From assembly GCF_009914755.1 (NCBI RefSeq), contig NC_060939.1: DNA of 64,000 nt. The stretch is one strand, 5' to 3'. The notes beneath the pieces are model-generated. The model was given only the letters and a program-made list of their open reading frames with translations. It was not told the DNA's origin and searched no databases. Below are positions 39,911 through 55,100 of the stretch, one piece after another. How positions within the stretch are numbered: the first letter of the stretch is position 1; every line of letters starts with the position of its first letter. Origin of the DNA: the human T2T-CHM13v2.0 reference genome, Homo sapiens. The translations under genes were made by a program, and so were the position numbers.

Positions 39911-40937
39911 TGACTGCAGGATTATTCACATACTTGCTGATTTCATGCACTCACCCCCCCCACCCCGCCCCCAACACACACACACGATCTCCATTACAAA
40001 GACAAAGAAAATGTAGGTCGAGGAGCATAAGTGCATGCTTGGAGGCAGCCCCACTCTGCAAGCTAGTGTAAGTTGTGCTTATTCCTGTTAGCAAAGGATC
40101 TCAGCAGTCCTCTGGAGACAACACGGTCTCTCTCAGCTCCTGGTTTTCATCAGGATTTGCATATTCTGGGCAAGGCGGGGACATGAAGGAGGGTGCACAC
40201 TCAATTAGATCCTTCCTCTCCAAGTCTCCACCCCTTGACTGTTCCTAATGAAGCCATCTTGTATCCCTCCGTCCCTCACACCCACCACCAATACACACAC
40301 CCTCTTCATTTTCTCACCAGACTCATCACCCTGAGAAGGTCGGGGCGCTGCACTCTGCCCAGAACACCAGCAGATCGAAAATGAAGCACAAAACCGACTT
40401 AAGAAGAGAAAACCGTATTTTCCATAATTGATTCATCTGCCTGTAAATAAAGAGCATTAATGAGAATCAGCCTGAGCTAATCATTAGCAGGAACCCCCTG
40501 TGGGCTAGTGGGGGAAGGTGGGGAGAATCGGCTCCTGCCTCACATAGCTGATTGCATTAGTCAAGCAGGATTCAAGGACATTGGAAGACTCCCTGCCACA
40601 CTCCCCTACCTGATGACCCCATCTTCCTCCCTCTCTGCTCCACTGCAGCCGGTAAGTATATGAATCCACTCCTTGAGAACTCAGCAGAACTTCCTAAGCC
40701 CGTGAAGAGCCCCACTAATATAGATGTGCAAGTGTGGAATAATTGAATAGCTGTTGTCACCCATGAAGGTAGCTTTCCTCATTTCTCTTTGGTCCAGATT
40801 AAAATGGACTATGATTCTCCCCAAAACTTCCATCCAGAGGTTTTTTTCAAAGGAGAATACAACTTTCTGAGGCAGTCATTTTTCTCATTTATCACTAATA
40901 TTCCAAAGGCACATTTCCCAGACAGACTTCTTCTCCC

Positions 40938-41287
40938 TTATCTAAATCAGGATACACTAGATTATGCTGTGGTAACAAACTTCCCAAAATCTCTTGGACT
41001 TTCAGTGAAAAAGGATTATTCCCACTCAAGCTGAATATCTGTCATGGGTCAATTATGGTTCTGCCCCAAGAACAGAGCTGAAGGAGCAGCCTCCACAAGA
41101 GATGGCTGCCATCACAGCAGAAGAAAAGTGAATATGGCCAAAGCACACGCTGCTTTTACAGCTTTACTGGCTAAAGCAAGTCACATGGTCATGCTTCAGT
41201 TCAAAAGGATGGGGACATATAATCCTCCCCTAGGAAAGAGAACTACAGAGAAAAACACCAAATTTGAGTGAATATAATTGACCATAA
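40938..41287 (-). mobile_element. MaLR solo LTR (MLT1I/J-like)
   Basis: tcaggatacactagattatgctgtggtaacaaac...ggctaaagcaagtcacatggtc. Confidence 0.75.
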
Positions 41288-41463
41288 TCCTGGACTTCTC
41301 AGACTTTCACTGTCCTTATAAAACATTTATAAAGTCATTACCAACACCCTTCGTCTCGTTGTCACCTCAGTACCGTCATTCTCCATCACCACCACCACTT
41401 TCACCAACCTCATCACAACTCCATCGGCATCCTCATCAACGACACGATGTCATCCTTACCACC

Positions 41464-43200
41464 TGTCTTTACCCGGGTTTCCTGGAGGAGAGAGCCTGCC
41501 CAGGGGAGAGGCTCACAGGCTAACGCTTTATTGGAAAACGTTTATCAAGGGAAAAAGAGACTGAGGCAGGGAAAGAGGAAGAGAAAATAAAAGTGAGATG
41601 TTTAACAAAAAGGGGCTGTTTCAGAGCAAGTGCAACTGATTGTTCAGTCCTTCAGATCATCTTCTGATCTCAACAGTTCATCTGTTCCCTCTCTTAATAG
41701 TTCATTCATGAAGAGAAATGGAAAAATTATTATTTGCTGCCTCTTTACTGGTCCCAGCTCCCACTGATCAAAGTCGACTCTATAAAGTATGTACTCCACT
41801 GCTCTTCTATGACATGTCATTTGGTCTCTTCAAGCAACCTCAAGAGAAGCCCAAATTTCTGGGAGTCCAGGGCTCTGGCATAGCTTCCAATCTGGCCTGG
41901 TTATACAATACTACCTGCTAGGATCCTCCATCTGTAGCAGTGCTAACAGCAGTGACAACAGTCTGGCTTTAGTGCTGTGGGAACAATAGTGTGAGCTCTT
42001 GCTAAGGCTGCTCAACTGGAAAGCAAGGCAAGTGACCAAGACTGAGATAGAAGAATATGTGGCCACATGGACTTGGGGTGGCACACAAATTGAATCCAGT
42101 ACAGTCCACCCCTTGGGCCTTTCACATCTACCCATAGCCATCTGTAATATATGGATCTCATATCAGAGAAAGACACCTTCCATTCCTCTCCAAGAGGGGA
42201 GATGCAAATCCAAGTATTCAAGGTGTTGTCATATGCATTCTCCTAAAAAGACTTAAAGAAGGTGGCTTTGTTCATTTTCTGTTGTTAGGACACTATAGAC
42301 CAGATAATTTATAAAGAAAAGAAGTTATTTAACTCACAGTTCTGGAGGCTGGAAAGTCCAAGATCAAGGCATCAGCATCTGGTGAGGACCTTCTAGGTAT
42401 GTCATAACATGGTGGAGGACATCACATGGTGAGAGGGCAAGAGCATGTCCACTCTTTCTCAGGTCTCTCTTTCTCTTCTTATAAAGCTGCCAGTCCTATC
42501 ATGGGGGCCCCACCCTTATGGCCTTATCTAATCCTAATTACCTCCTAGAGGTCCCACCTCCAAATACCATCAACATATGAATTTGGAGATTGTTTCTGAC
42601 ATGAAATTTGGGAGACATATTCAAACCATAGCAGAGGGCTAGCAAGCCAAACTTGTTACATCTGTACCACTGCAACTGGTTCTGGGGTTGTTTTAGCTGC
42701 CATTCATCCATGCCCTCATCCGGCATCCATTTTGACTGGTCTGTGTTGCTTCTCTAGTGGGAAGACCTAGATTTTCATTCCCAAGGGGTCTAAATCCTTG
42801 GTTTCCTTGACCTTGTAGAATCATCATTGTTAGAACAGCCCACCAGTAAAGCAGCAGCAAAATGTGCCCCCAGTGAATCTTCTCAGTTCCTAACATACAC
42901 TTTCCTGTTCCCGTTATGTACCAGCAAACCAAGTTTCTCATAGTAATGAGTCAGTTATCCCCTACCCAGTAGTTCCTTTCTTTTCCTCTTGGCTTCACTG
43001 GCGTTAAGAGCCCAACATTGCCAAATGGTAGCTGCAATTTCTAGCTAATTGGGAACCTTACTGTGCTCCCTGAAAATCACAATTCCCTTCAATCAGTGAG
43101 CTCTGGAACTATGAACTGATATAAATCTGGAAATTAAGTGAAGGGCCATGATTTTCCACTCTTGTGGATGACATCAACTGCCCAAGTTGGCAGCTCTGAC
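41464..43200 (-). mobile_element. ERVL 3' LTR (41464-42103) plus 3' internal remnant
   Basis: ACA|GTCCACCCCTT at 42101-42114 is the reverse of the ERVL PPT/LTR junction AAGGGGTGGAC|TGT; gctttattgg gives a minus-strand AATAAA; dUTPase-like ggtagctgcaatttctagctaattgg at about 43030. Confidence 0.7.
42263..42633 (-). mobile_element. MaLR solo LTR (MSTC/D-like) nested in ERVL internal sequence
   Basis: ctcacagttctggaggctggaaagtccaagatcaagg...caaaccatagca; TSD gaagg/gaggg. Confidence 0.88.
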
Positions 43201-44328
43201 TTTTTCTGCATCTATTGAGTTGTTCCTATGGTTTTTCTCCTTTTTTCTGTTCATGTGATGAATTAATTGACTGACTTTCAAGACAATCTTGCTTCCTCGA
43301 AATAAGCCTCTTTTGGTCTTGATATATTATTCTTTGTATATATTGCTGGGCTGAATTTGCTAATATTTTCCTCAGGATTTGATATTTTTAATATTTGATT
43401 CTATATTCATGACAGATATTGGTAATTTATTTCTTTTTAATGTCTTTGTTCATGTTGATATAAACAAGCTGGGAAGTGTTCCTTCCTCTTCTGTTGTCTG
43501 AAAGTGTTTTTGTTAGACTGCTATATTTCTTTCTTAAATACCTGTTAGAGTTCACCAGTGAAGCCATCTGGACCTGGAGTTTTCTTTGTGGGAAGGTTTG
43601 TACATTTACACAGACAGTTACCATTTCTAGTGCTTTTCATTTCTTCCTAAAGATTTGAATTTCCATCTGATGTCAATTCCCTTCACCCTAAAAGGGTGCC
43701 CTGAGCATTTCAAGGTTTACTGACAGTGAATTCCATTTTCTTTTATTTGAGAATGTTTTTATTTCACCTTCATTCTTGAAGAATGTTTTCACTGGAGAAA
43801 GAATTCTGAATTGACCTTTTTTCTCAATCAGGTTATTACAGATGTTTTCCCACTATCTTCTGGCCTCTATGGTTACTGATGAGAAGTCAGTAGGAATCTG
43901 AATCATTGTCACTATGCATGTAGTGGATCATTTCTCTGTGCCTGCTATCAAGATTTTCTCCTTATCTTTGGTTTTTAGAATTTTGACTGTAATTTTCCTA
44001 AATGTGATTTCTTTGTATTTATCCTTGGGATTCACTGATCTTGAATCTGTGCATTTACTCCTCTGCCATTATATTTTCAAACTTTTTTTTTCTGCTCTCT
44101 TTTCTCTCCTTGTGGGATGCCAATTCCACCAATGTTAGACCTTTTGATGTTGTCCCACAGGTCCCTGATCTCTATTCTCCTTTTCATTCAATCATTTTTG
44201 TATCTCTACTTCAGATTACAGAATTTCTATTCATTTGTATTCAGGTTCACTAACTCTTTCTTTTGTCATCTGCATTTTCTTTGACTATTTTCTAATTCAT
44301 TGATTTCTGCTGTTATCTTTAATATTTC

Positions 44329-44511
44329 CTTTTCTTTTTTATTTAATACATATATTTTTTGAGACAGGGTCTCTCTCTGTCACTCGAGCTGGAGTACAGT
44401 GGCATGCATGATCACAGCTCACTGCAGCCTCAACTTCCTGGGCTCAAGTGCTCCTCCAGCCTCAGCCTCCTGAGTAGCTGGGATTACAGGCATGTGCCAT
44501 CGCACCTAGCT
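44329..44511 (-). mobile_element. Alu right arm only (FRAM or truncated AluJ)
   Basis: gagacagggtctctctctgtcac...cacagctcactgcagcctcaac...cgcacctagc. Confidence 0.88.
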
Positions 44512-45123
44512 CTATTTCATTTTCACTTCTAAGTTTAGGTCTAGTTTATGCCTTTTCTAGTTTCTTAAGGTGGAAGCCAGAGCATTGATTTTAAATCTTT
44601 TTTTATTAGTATGATCATTTCAAGTGATGATGCTTTATCTTCATCCCAGAAATTTTATATGCTATGTTTTCAATATCATTTAGTTTAAAGTACTTTCTAA
44701 TTTCCTTTATGATTTCTTTCATGACCTATGGGTTACTTAGAAGTATATTGTTTAATTTCCAAATATTTGGGAATTTTCCAAATATCCTACCATTATTTAT
44801 TTCTAATTTAATTTCATCATGCTCAGAGAACATACTCTGTATTATTTCATTCTCTTAAAATTAATCTAGATTAGTTTTATGGCCAAGTATATGTTTTAGC
44901 ATAGTGAACATTCCATATCCATTGGACAAGAATGTGAATGTATAATTCTACAGATGGTGGGTCTTTTCTATAATTGTCAGCTAGGTCAATTTAGTTCATA
45001 GCATTGTTCAGGTTTTCTTTATACTTACTGATATTTTATTTACTGGTTCTAAGAATTACTGTTGAAATAATATTAAAATCTCCAACTATAACTGTAGATT
45101 TTTCATTTTCTCCCTTTAGTTCC

Positions 45124-45522
45124 TGTCTTAGTCTGTTTTCTGTTGCTATAACTGAATACCTGGGACTGGTATTTGTAAAGAAAAGGAATTTATTTCTTAC
45201 AGTTCTGAAGGCTGAGATGTCCAAGGTCAAGGTGGGGCACATCTGGTGAGGGCCTTCTTGCTGGTGGGGACTCTCTGCAGAGTCTAGGCTGGCACAGGGC
45301 ATCACATGGCAATGGGGCTAAGCCATGCTAGCTCAGGTCTCTCCTTCTGCTCCTATAAAGCCACTAATGGCCCACCATCTTGACCTTATCTAATCCTAAT
45401 TGCCTCCCAAAGTTCTCACTTCTCAAATACCATAGTCAGATTTCCCACCTTCTTAGTATTGTTACAGTGGGGATAAAGTTTCAACCTGAGTTTTGGAGGA
45501 GACAAGCATTCAGACCATAGCA
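45124..45522 (-). mobile_element. MaLR solo LTR (MSTC-like) nested in L1
   Basis: tgtcttagtctgttttctgttgctataac...cagaccatagca; perfect TSD GTTCC. Confidence 0.9.
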
Positions 45523-46265
45523 GTTCCATCAATTTTTGCTTCATGTATTTTTGCAGATTGTTATTAGATGCATAAGCATTTAGAATTGCTATATCTTCTT
45601 GTTAAATTGGTCCTTTTATTGTTACAAAATGACTCTCTTTTTCTCTGTAGTACCCTTTAATTTGTCTAATGTTAATTTATTCATATCAGTCTTGTTATAC
45701 TAAATGTTTACAATTTATATATTTTTCCATCCTTTTACCTTCAATCTGTCTATGTCTTCAGATTTAAGGGGGTTTCCTGTAGATGGCATATAGTTGGGTC
45801 TTGTTTTTTTTTTTTTTGTTCCTCTGGTGATCTCTATCTTTTAATTGGAGTATTAATCCATGTACATTTAACAAATTTATTGATATGGTAGATTTAATTT
45901 TATCTTCTTGTTAGTTTTTGCTATTTGTGGCCTCTGCTTTTGCTTCTCTTTTCTTCCTTTCCGTACTCTCTTTTGAGTTAGTCAGATTTTTATAATATTC
46001 CATTCTATCTCCTCCATTGGCATTTAAGCCATTTATCTTGTTGCATTACTTTTCAGTGGTTTCCTTAGGACTACAATGCACTTCCTTAACATATCACAGT
46101 CTACCTTGAATTATGCTCTTTCATATATTAAAAACTTTTTAAGAGCAAAATTCCATTTACCCCTCCCAAACTTGGTACTATTGTTGTCATATATTTTTCT
46201 ACACACTTATTCTTTCCTGTCTATATATTTCCTTTCCTCTACAATTTATGTTGTTATTATTTTCA

Positions 46266-46596
<331 letters not shown>

Positions 46597-48181
46597 TTAA
46601 ACACTTCTTAAAATAATTTTATATTTTCCAACATTTTAACCACTTCCAGCACTCTTCATTCCCTCTTATAAATCCAAATTTCCACCTGGTATCATTTCCC
46701 CTTAACTTCAAGAACTTCCTTTAGCGTTTCATACAGTGCAGGTCTCTTAGCCTTCGTCTATCTGCTATCTTTATTTTTGCCTCCATTTTTTTTCATTTAT
46801 TTTGTCTTCATTTTTGAAAAATTTTCCCACAGGATATGGAATTCTCAATTGACAGATTTTTTTTTTCTTTCTGATTTTAAATATGTCATCTCATTCTCTT
46901 CTGGAATGTTTTCACAAGAAGTCTGCTGTTATTCCTACCCTTATGCCCTGGATGCTGCCTTTGCAGACTTTTTATCTGACTGCCTTTAATATGTTTTCTC
47001 TAATCTATTGATTTTATTAGATTGACCATGTATGACTTTCTTAGTATTTATCTTCCTTGAGGTTTGCTCTACTTTTTCGATCTGTAAATTGTTGTTTTTG
47101 ATAAAATTTGGAAAATTGTGGTCAGTATTTGTTCAACTATTTTCCCTACCCCATGCTCCTTGTATTTCCATCATCCTTGTATTTCTGGGACACCAGTTAC
47201 ATATATTCTATATTCCTTAGTATTCCTTTCAAAGGTTATTGGAACCCTATTCTTTTTTTCCCCATTTTTTTTCCTCTCTCTCTGTTTAAATAATTTACAT
47301 CAACCGGTCTTCAAGTTCACTCATCTTCTTTTCTATTCTGTCCAATCTGCAGTTAACTTGATGCAATAAAACTTCTATTTTGTATATTCCATTTTTTAGT
47401 ATTGGGATTTCCATTTGGTTCTGATTCATAGTTTTTATGTCTCTCCTGAAATTTGCCTTCTCCTCATCCATCATGTCCATCTTTTCCTGCAGACTTTTCA
47501 ATGTATTCATCACAATTATTTTAAAGTCCTCACCTTCTAAAACTGCCACCTGGACCAGCTGTGAGTATGCTTCCATTGACTGGTTTATCTCTTGTCTATA
47601 GGTCCCATTTTCCTGTGTCGTCTCATGTCATACTATATCTTGTACAGTGTGGATGACAGGTTGTAGAGACTCTGGATGCTGTTGTCTTCCTTAGAAGAGT
47701 ATTGATTTTTATTCTAGCAAGAAGCTAAATTATAGGCAGATAACCACAATCTTGTGGAGTCTTGATTTTAAGTTTTGTTGGGGTAGGTCTTTTTGTTTTT
47801 CCCCTCATCCTAAGGAGTAGTCCTTAGTCCTTGCATATGATCCTTACTCCTAGGGTTTGGCCCTTCTGGCATTTTAACAGAAAGCTTTGCCGAGCCTCCC
47901 TAACTTGCCAAAACTTGAACTCTAAATTTTGTGTCCACAACCCTGGGGAGTTGCTATAACATCTGATTAGTAAGATCCCTGGGACTTTCTTCTGGGGTTC
48001 CTTGGAGTCTTGCCCCATGTCTTCACAGTGTAGGAGTCAGCTAAGGATTTGAGGGAAGGTCCATGTGGATTCTTGAGTGCCAGGTGAACCCCATTCTGTC
48101 TCAGATGACTCCCTCTTTTCCTGGACACCCACCCTCTCAATTTACAGCCATTCTAGTCACTCTGTCTACTCAGTCTATTAG

Positions 48182-48500
<319 letters not shown>

Positions 48501-49846
48501 AGGAATTCTGTATTCTGATTTAGCTCTACTCCCATACATTGCTTCGACGGGGAATGCCTTCAAGAAAACGTCAGACAAATGTGGGTTTTGCCTAGGGTAT
48601 TTGCCTTATTTCATGGGTGGTAGCCCCTGGTTTTTCTCACTCTACTGTGCCTTCAAATAATTATTTTCAGTATTTTGCCAAGAATTTAATATTGTCGTCA
48701 GTGGGAAAGTTTATCTGGCATAAAGTCGTCTGCCATTACCTGAAGACAGAATTCTCTTGAAATATTTTTATTATATAAATCGAGCATCATCCTACTCAGT
48801 GGTCCATATATCTCACCACTCGAAACCCAGCTCTCCAGATTTCTGTCATTTATTTGCTGTACAAAGTGAAGTTAAATCCTTCCAGGTGAATCTATTTTGG
48901 TTCAAATTAGCCAGAGCAAGTCCTGTTGTTTACAGTCAAGGGCTATGACTAATATGTAGGGCTTATGTTGACCTAGATGCTGCTTAAGTCCTGACTACAT
49001 GAATAGCTTCCAAGACCTCTCCACAACCACTGGCCATCCATGGCTCTCTGGGAAAATATCCCAGGTCACTGCCACCTTTAATATATATTTTTTAAATTAG
49101 CATCTTGGCTTTAAATATTTTACTTTCATGATGATTATATTTCTGAGCATGGCTAACTATATTCCTTCTTGATACCATTAGTCATTTTACCCCTGGTTTA
49201 GATACAGCTTCACTAGCCCCTTTACTCTGCACCCTTATTGGACAGAATTCCTCTCCTTTGCATCAGTTCTGAGGGTCTATAACATCATCACCAAACCATC
49301 TGCCTCACTCTCCACCCCCATACACACCATGCACATGCCCATGCCCACACACAGACACACACGTCTTCCATAGCCAATAAAGGCAGAAGTTCCAAACTTT
49401 CACACCCTTTCCTCCCAATGACAGGCAGAGAAGAATTCCAGACAATTGATAGAGGAGAAAAAGAGATGTATATTTGGAAAATGGTATATGACACCAGAGG
49501 CAGAAGTCAGGAAAGAGGGACTCTTATGAAAGCAAGGAAACTGATCTGGGGAATTTCAACAAGTCCTCATGAGTTCATGTGGTTGTGCATAGTCCGAGCA
49601 TTTTCAAAATTCCAAACAAAATGCCACACTTATTAATGAGTATGTTATTGACCCTTTAGTTTACTCAGTGAGGACCAAATTCATAAAACATTCATGCTCC
49701 ATTATGCAGGATTTCCTCTGCCTCTTTGAGGTGGATCTTTCTCTCCTGGGAGAGACTAAGAATGGAAAATTGGCACAGTTTCTTTCAAACTGAGTTTCTG
49801 GATCACTCTTTCTGCTAAAGTCAAGAAGGGATAAAAAGAAGAAGGG

Positions 49847-50142
<296 letters not shown>

Positions 50143-50614
50143 GAAGAAGAATAGGTTTTGATAGTAGAAAGATGCAAAGTTAAGTCTCCACTGAGCTACC
50201 TACTAGTTTCATGGCCTTGGGAAAGTCCATCTTTAGTAATAATAACTAATACATACAGAACATCAAGAGCTGTATACTACTCGAATGCTTTACAAAGCTT
50301 TATTTTATTTCATCCTTATAACTACTTATTTATAATAATTATTTAGGTAAACACTATGGTTATTTTTCTTTCACAGATGAGAAAACAACATTGCGACATG
50401 TCCTCTGAGCCCTATTGAAATAGACAGCTCTTAGTCATGGTGTTTGATCCCTGGTTTGATGAATGGTGTGCTTCAGATGGAAGCAGCAACAGGGTTTCAG
50501 CTATAAGTCTCATTGTATGGTTGGACATATCTCCTACCTGTGTCAATTCCGGCTTTGTGGCTTTCGAACTTGGGTCCTGGAACTTCTAGAAATTCTGTAA
50601 GCTTGTTAGCATAC

Positions 50615-51252
50615 TGTATTCATTTCTATTGCTGTGTAAAACATTGCCACAAACTTAGCAGCTTAAAACAACACACAGTTATGATCTCACACATTCCATG
50701 GATCAAGAGTTCAGCACACTTTAGCTACTTCCTCTGATCAGGGTCTCATTGAAATTAACATGTCACCTACCTGTATCCTCATCAGGGACTTGGCTAGGGA
50801 AAGACCCACTTCCAAGCTCTCTCAGGGTGTTGGCAGAATTAGTTTCCTTGTGGCCTTGTGACTAAGATCCCCATTTTCTTAACTATCAACCAGGGACCCC
50901 TACCAGTTCCTAGAGACCACCTTTAGGTGTTTGCCACATGGCCCTCTCTACAATATGACAGGTTGCTCCTTTACGGACCACAGAAGAGCATCTGCTATTT
51001 CTTCTTGTATCTTTTAAGGTATAGTGTGATTAGGTCAGACCCACCTGGAATAATCTCACTTTCGATTAATCAAAGTAAATTGATTAGGGATCTTAATTAC
51101 TACAAAATTCCTATTTCCATATCATGTAACATAACCAAAGGATATTCGGTCATATTCAAAGTTCTGCCCACACTCCAAGAGAGGGATTAGACAACACATA
51201 TATACTATGGGGGAAGAATCTTGGGAGCCATTTTAGAATTCTGACTTCCACA
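50615..51252 (-). mobile_element. MaLR solo LTR (MLT1E-like) splitting the ERVL 5' LTR
   Basis: tgtattcatttctattgctg...ccacaaacttagcagcttaaaacaacac...gccattttagaattctgacttccaca; TSD catac/tatac. Confidence 0.88.
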
Positions 51253-52169
51253 TATACTATTTTAACTCCGTTTCTGCTTAAATTTGGCAAAATGGCTTCT
51301 GTTGTCTGCAATTGAACCCTGAGCAAAAACAGATGATACAAGGAGCAATAGACCTTTGAGGAAATGAGACTCCAGGACAGATAGGCTGTCTAACCTGAGA
51401 GGGCGAGGATCTAGTTCTCAATAAAGAACGTGATATTGCTACTCTAAAACACCTAGTGACAAATTTGTTTCTTATATAACCTGTGTCTACCAGAAATGAA
51501 GAACATAGAATGAAGACTTTGGTAGTCAGAGCGGCAGCTATGGTAGAACATTATCAAAGGCCTGAGGAATATAAGGACTGGGGAGTAAACTACTGATTTA
51601 TAACTGCACTAGTAAGCTTAGAAGATAAAAATGAAAGGCTGGGGTTTTAAGTTTTCAGCTCAAAGTATGGTTAGAAAACCAAGGAGTTTCTACAACTACT
51701 GAGAAAGAATGAATCTCTTATCTCCAGCAGGGCTGATATAACTAAAATCAGACTCAGAATCTGGTGGTTTGTCAAATGGCATTAGTGTTTGAACCCAAAG
51801 CCCTATTGTGTCTTTTGAAAGGACAGTTGTTAGGAAAAAGAAGACCCCAAGAACTGGAATAATGATATTTTGGAAAATCCACATGGCCCTTACGACCCTA
51901 ATCTCCAAAAGCCACTGAGCTTCCTCTTTCCCTGTGTCATGAAGCTGGTTCTACCCTGTGTAAGTACCCTGTAATTACCTTACCTGAGATAGTTACATTT
52001 TAAGGATTCTCTTTAGGACCTATGTCTATCCTCTCATTGCCTCCAGACCTATCATGAGGGTGAAATCACAGTATTCTCTAGGAGGCCAATTACAAAGTTA
52101 TGCTTGGCAGAAGGTGGCCAATACATCAAAAGAAATGCAGGACTTTGCCATGTACATTGTCAAAAATAT

Positions 52170-55100
52170 GCGGAGGGAATTTTGTTTCCAGGTAAGATGA
52201 TGTAAGCACACTGTATTCTGTATCTCCCAGTGAATATACATATAAAACCTGGATCAAGTGCAGGGAGGTATCTGAGGTCTCCGAGAAGTAAATACTAGGC
52301 TGGGTGCAGTGGCCCATGCTTTGTAATCCCAGCACTTGGGGAGGCTGAGGCAGGAGGATCACGTGAGGTCAAGAGTTCAAGACCAGCCTGGGCAAAAAAG
52401 TGAGACCCCCATCTCTACAAAAAAATTTTAAAACAATAATTAGCTGGGCATGGTGGCCCATGACTGGAGCTCTAGCTACTTAGGAAGCTGAGGCTGGAGG
52501 ATTGCTTGAGCCCAGGAGTTCAAGGCTGCAGTGAGCTATGATCACACTACTGCACTTCAGCCTGGGCAACAGAGCCAGGACCCTGTCTCTGAAAAAAAAA
52601 AAAACCATAAAAATAAAAAGTTGAAGGTGAGGAATTAGACTAGAACTCAAAGAACCACTGAACTGATGGTGAATATTCTCATTTTTCTCTGATATCCCCC
52701 AGCCTAGACTCAAGAGACTCAGAATCCTAAAAGTAGATACCAGGCGTGGACAGAGAGCTCTCAAGGAGGAGCCCTCTGGCTCTGGCTCAAGGAGCAAGAG
52801 AGAGAACTTCTAATGCTCAGAGAAAGTAGAAAAATTCTCCAGTTTTTTCTTCCTGTTTTTCCCTCTTCTGACCATTCTCTCAGGCTTCAACTTCCAGGCA
52901 ATCTCATAGGGATAGAACAGGAAGTGATAGCAGGGTTTCTTCAGACTCTTAAACTTTGAGGAAGGGAATCTTCATCTCCAATTTGAGGAATCATAAACCC
53001 AAGAGAATGAGGCAAGCCCTGAAGGTTGTTTGTCTCTCTTTTTCCTTCCATGGCTTGGTTCCAGATGTAAGTATAGTTGCAGGAAGTACAAGACAGAGTG
53101 AGGGTGTCTATGGCCTCAGTTTTCTGGATAGAGGACCAAAAGGAGAAATACCCGGGACATGGAAAATCTCATAAAAATTACAGAGAGGGAAGAGCTCAGA
53201 AAAGTAATCCTATAAAGTTGTTTATAAACTATGGGCTCACCCTTGAGCCCCACATGTGTAGATCTGACGCTAAACAGCGTACCAAAAACTGAGTCACAAG
53301 ACAGACCACCGCCCAGACCCCAGGCTGACCATGGGTGACACACAAAAACAGAATCAATGAGCACTACAAAGACTTTGAAAACCCAACTGGCATTGAAACT
53401 ACAACTCACAGAAGGTTAACTGGAAGTTGCAGCCTGAACCCAACTAGGTCAGTTTACTGCTAAAAGTATCAACATTCTCCATAGGATTTAAATAAGACCC
53501 AGAGTCTCCCAACATCATATTTAAAATATTCAGAATAAAATTAAAAATTACTCGGCATAAGAAGAAGCAAAAAAAAATCCCAGTTCACATGGGAAAAGAC
53601 AATCAACAGATGCCAATGTGGAGATGTCTCACGGATGTTGGAAATATCAAAGACTTTACAGCAGTTATTACAAAAATGTTTAAGAAGTAAGGATTTGCCA
53701 AAATAAAAAAGATAGAAAGCCTCAGCCAAGAAATAGAAACATAAAAAGGAGCCAGATAAAAAAATTTTAAAACTGAAAAACACAATTACACAAATTAAAA
53801 CCTCACTGGATGGCTCAATTGAAAATAGGCAATTGAAAAGCAGAATTGAAAATAGGCAAGTTTATCTATAAACTTACCTATATGGATGTTTGGAGATCCA
53901 ACAAGATAAAGCTATTGACTTATACTTTAATTTACTTCTGATCAAAATCTTATCAGGAACTTTTATAGATTTAGACAAACTAATTCTAAAATTGATATGG
54001 AAGGCAAAAGAATTAGAACAATCAAAACAATTTTATAAAGAATAAAGTTGTGGGAATTACAATAACCAATTTGAAGACTTGCTATAAAGCTACAGTAATC
54101 AAGACAGTACAGTATTGGTGAAGGGACAGGCTGATAGGTCAATGGAACAAAATAAAGAGACTAGAAGAATCAGCATGCATATAGGGAAAGCTGATTTTTG
54201 ACAAAGGTGCAAAGCCAACTTACATGCGAAAAGATTTCTTTCAACAAATTGTGTTAGAACAACTGGATATCCAAGTGCAAAATAAAATGAATGTCATTCT
54301 AAACCTCACAGCTTATTTTTTTAACTTAAAATGGATCAGAGATTTAAATGTAAAACTTAACACTATAAAACTTTTAGAAGAAAATATAAGAAAAAATCTT
54401 TGTGATTTTTAGCAAAAAGTTTTTAGACATGACACCAAAAGCATAATCCTTAAAAAATAAAATAAAATAAAAAGTTGAGTTTATCTACATTACAACTTTT
54501 TGCTCTGTGAGAGGTATTGTTAAGAAAATGAAAAAACAAGATACAGATTGGGAAAAAATACATTCAAGTCACATATCTGACAAAGAACTTCTATCTAGAA
54601 TGTATTTTTCTTAACTCTAAAAAACTCAACAGTAAGAAAGCAGACAACCCAACTTCAAAAATCACAAAATACTTAGATAAAGAGGATACGTAAGTGGCAA
54701 ATTCACACCTGAAAAGATGTACATCATTAGCTATTAAGAAAACACAAATTAAAATCAGGACATGATACCACTACACACTTATTAGAATGGCTAACATAAT
54801 TTAGAAAACTGACAGTACCAAATGCTGGCAAGAATGGCAAGCAACTGAAACTCTCATACGTCGTTAATGGGAATGCACAGTAATAAATTCACTTTGGGAA
54901 ACAGTTTGACGGTTTCTTATAAAGCTAAACATACACCTACCGTATGACCCAGTAATCCCACTGCAAGTATTGAAATAAATCCCACTCTCTAAAGAAACGA
55001 AAACTTACATTCACACAAAAACCTGTACATGAATGTTTATATAGGAGTTCTATTCATAATCACCTAAAGTGAGAAACAACCAAATGTCCTTCAAAGAGGA

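Noticed and set aside
47295-47576. 93-aa coiled-coil ORF
   Set aside because: Remnant of L1 ORF1 in an ancient fragmented L1
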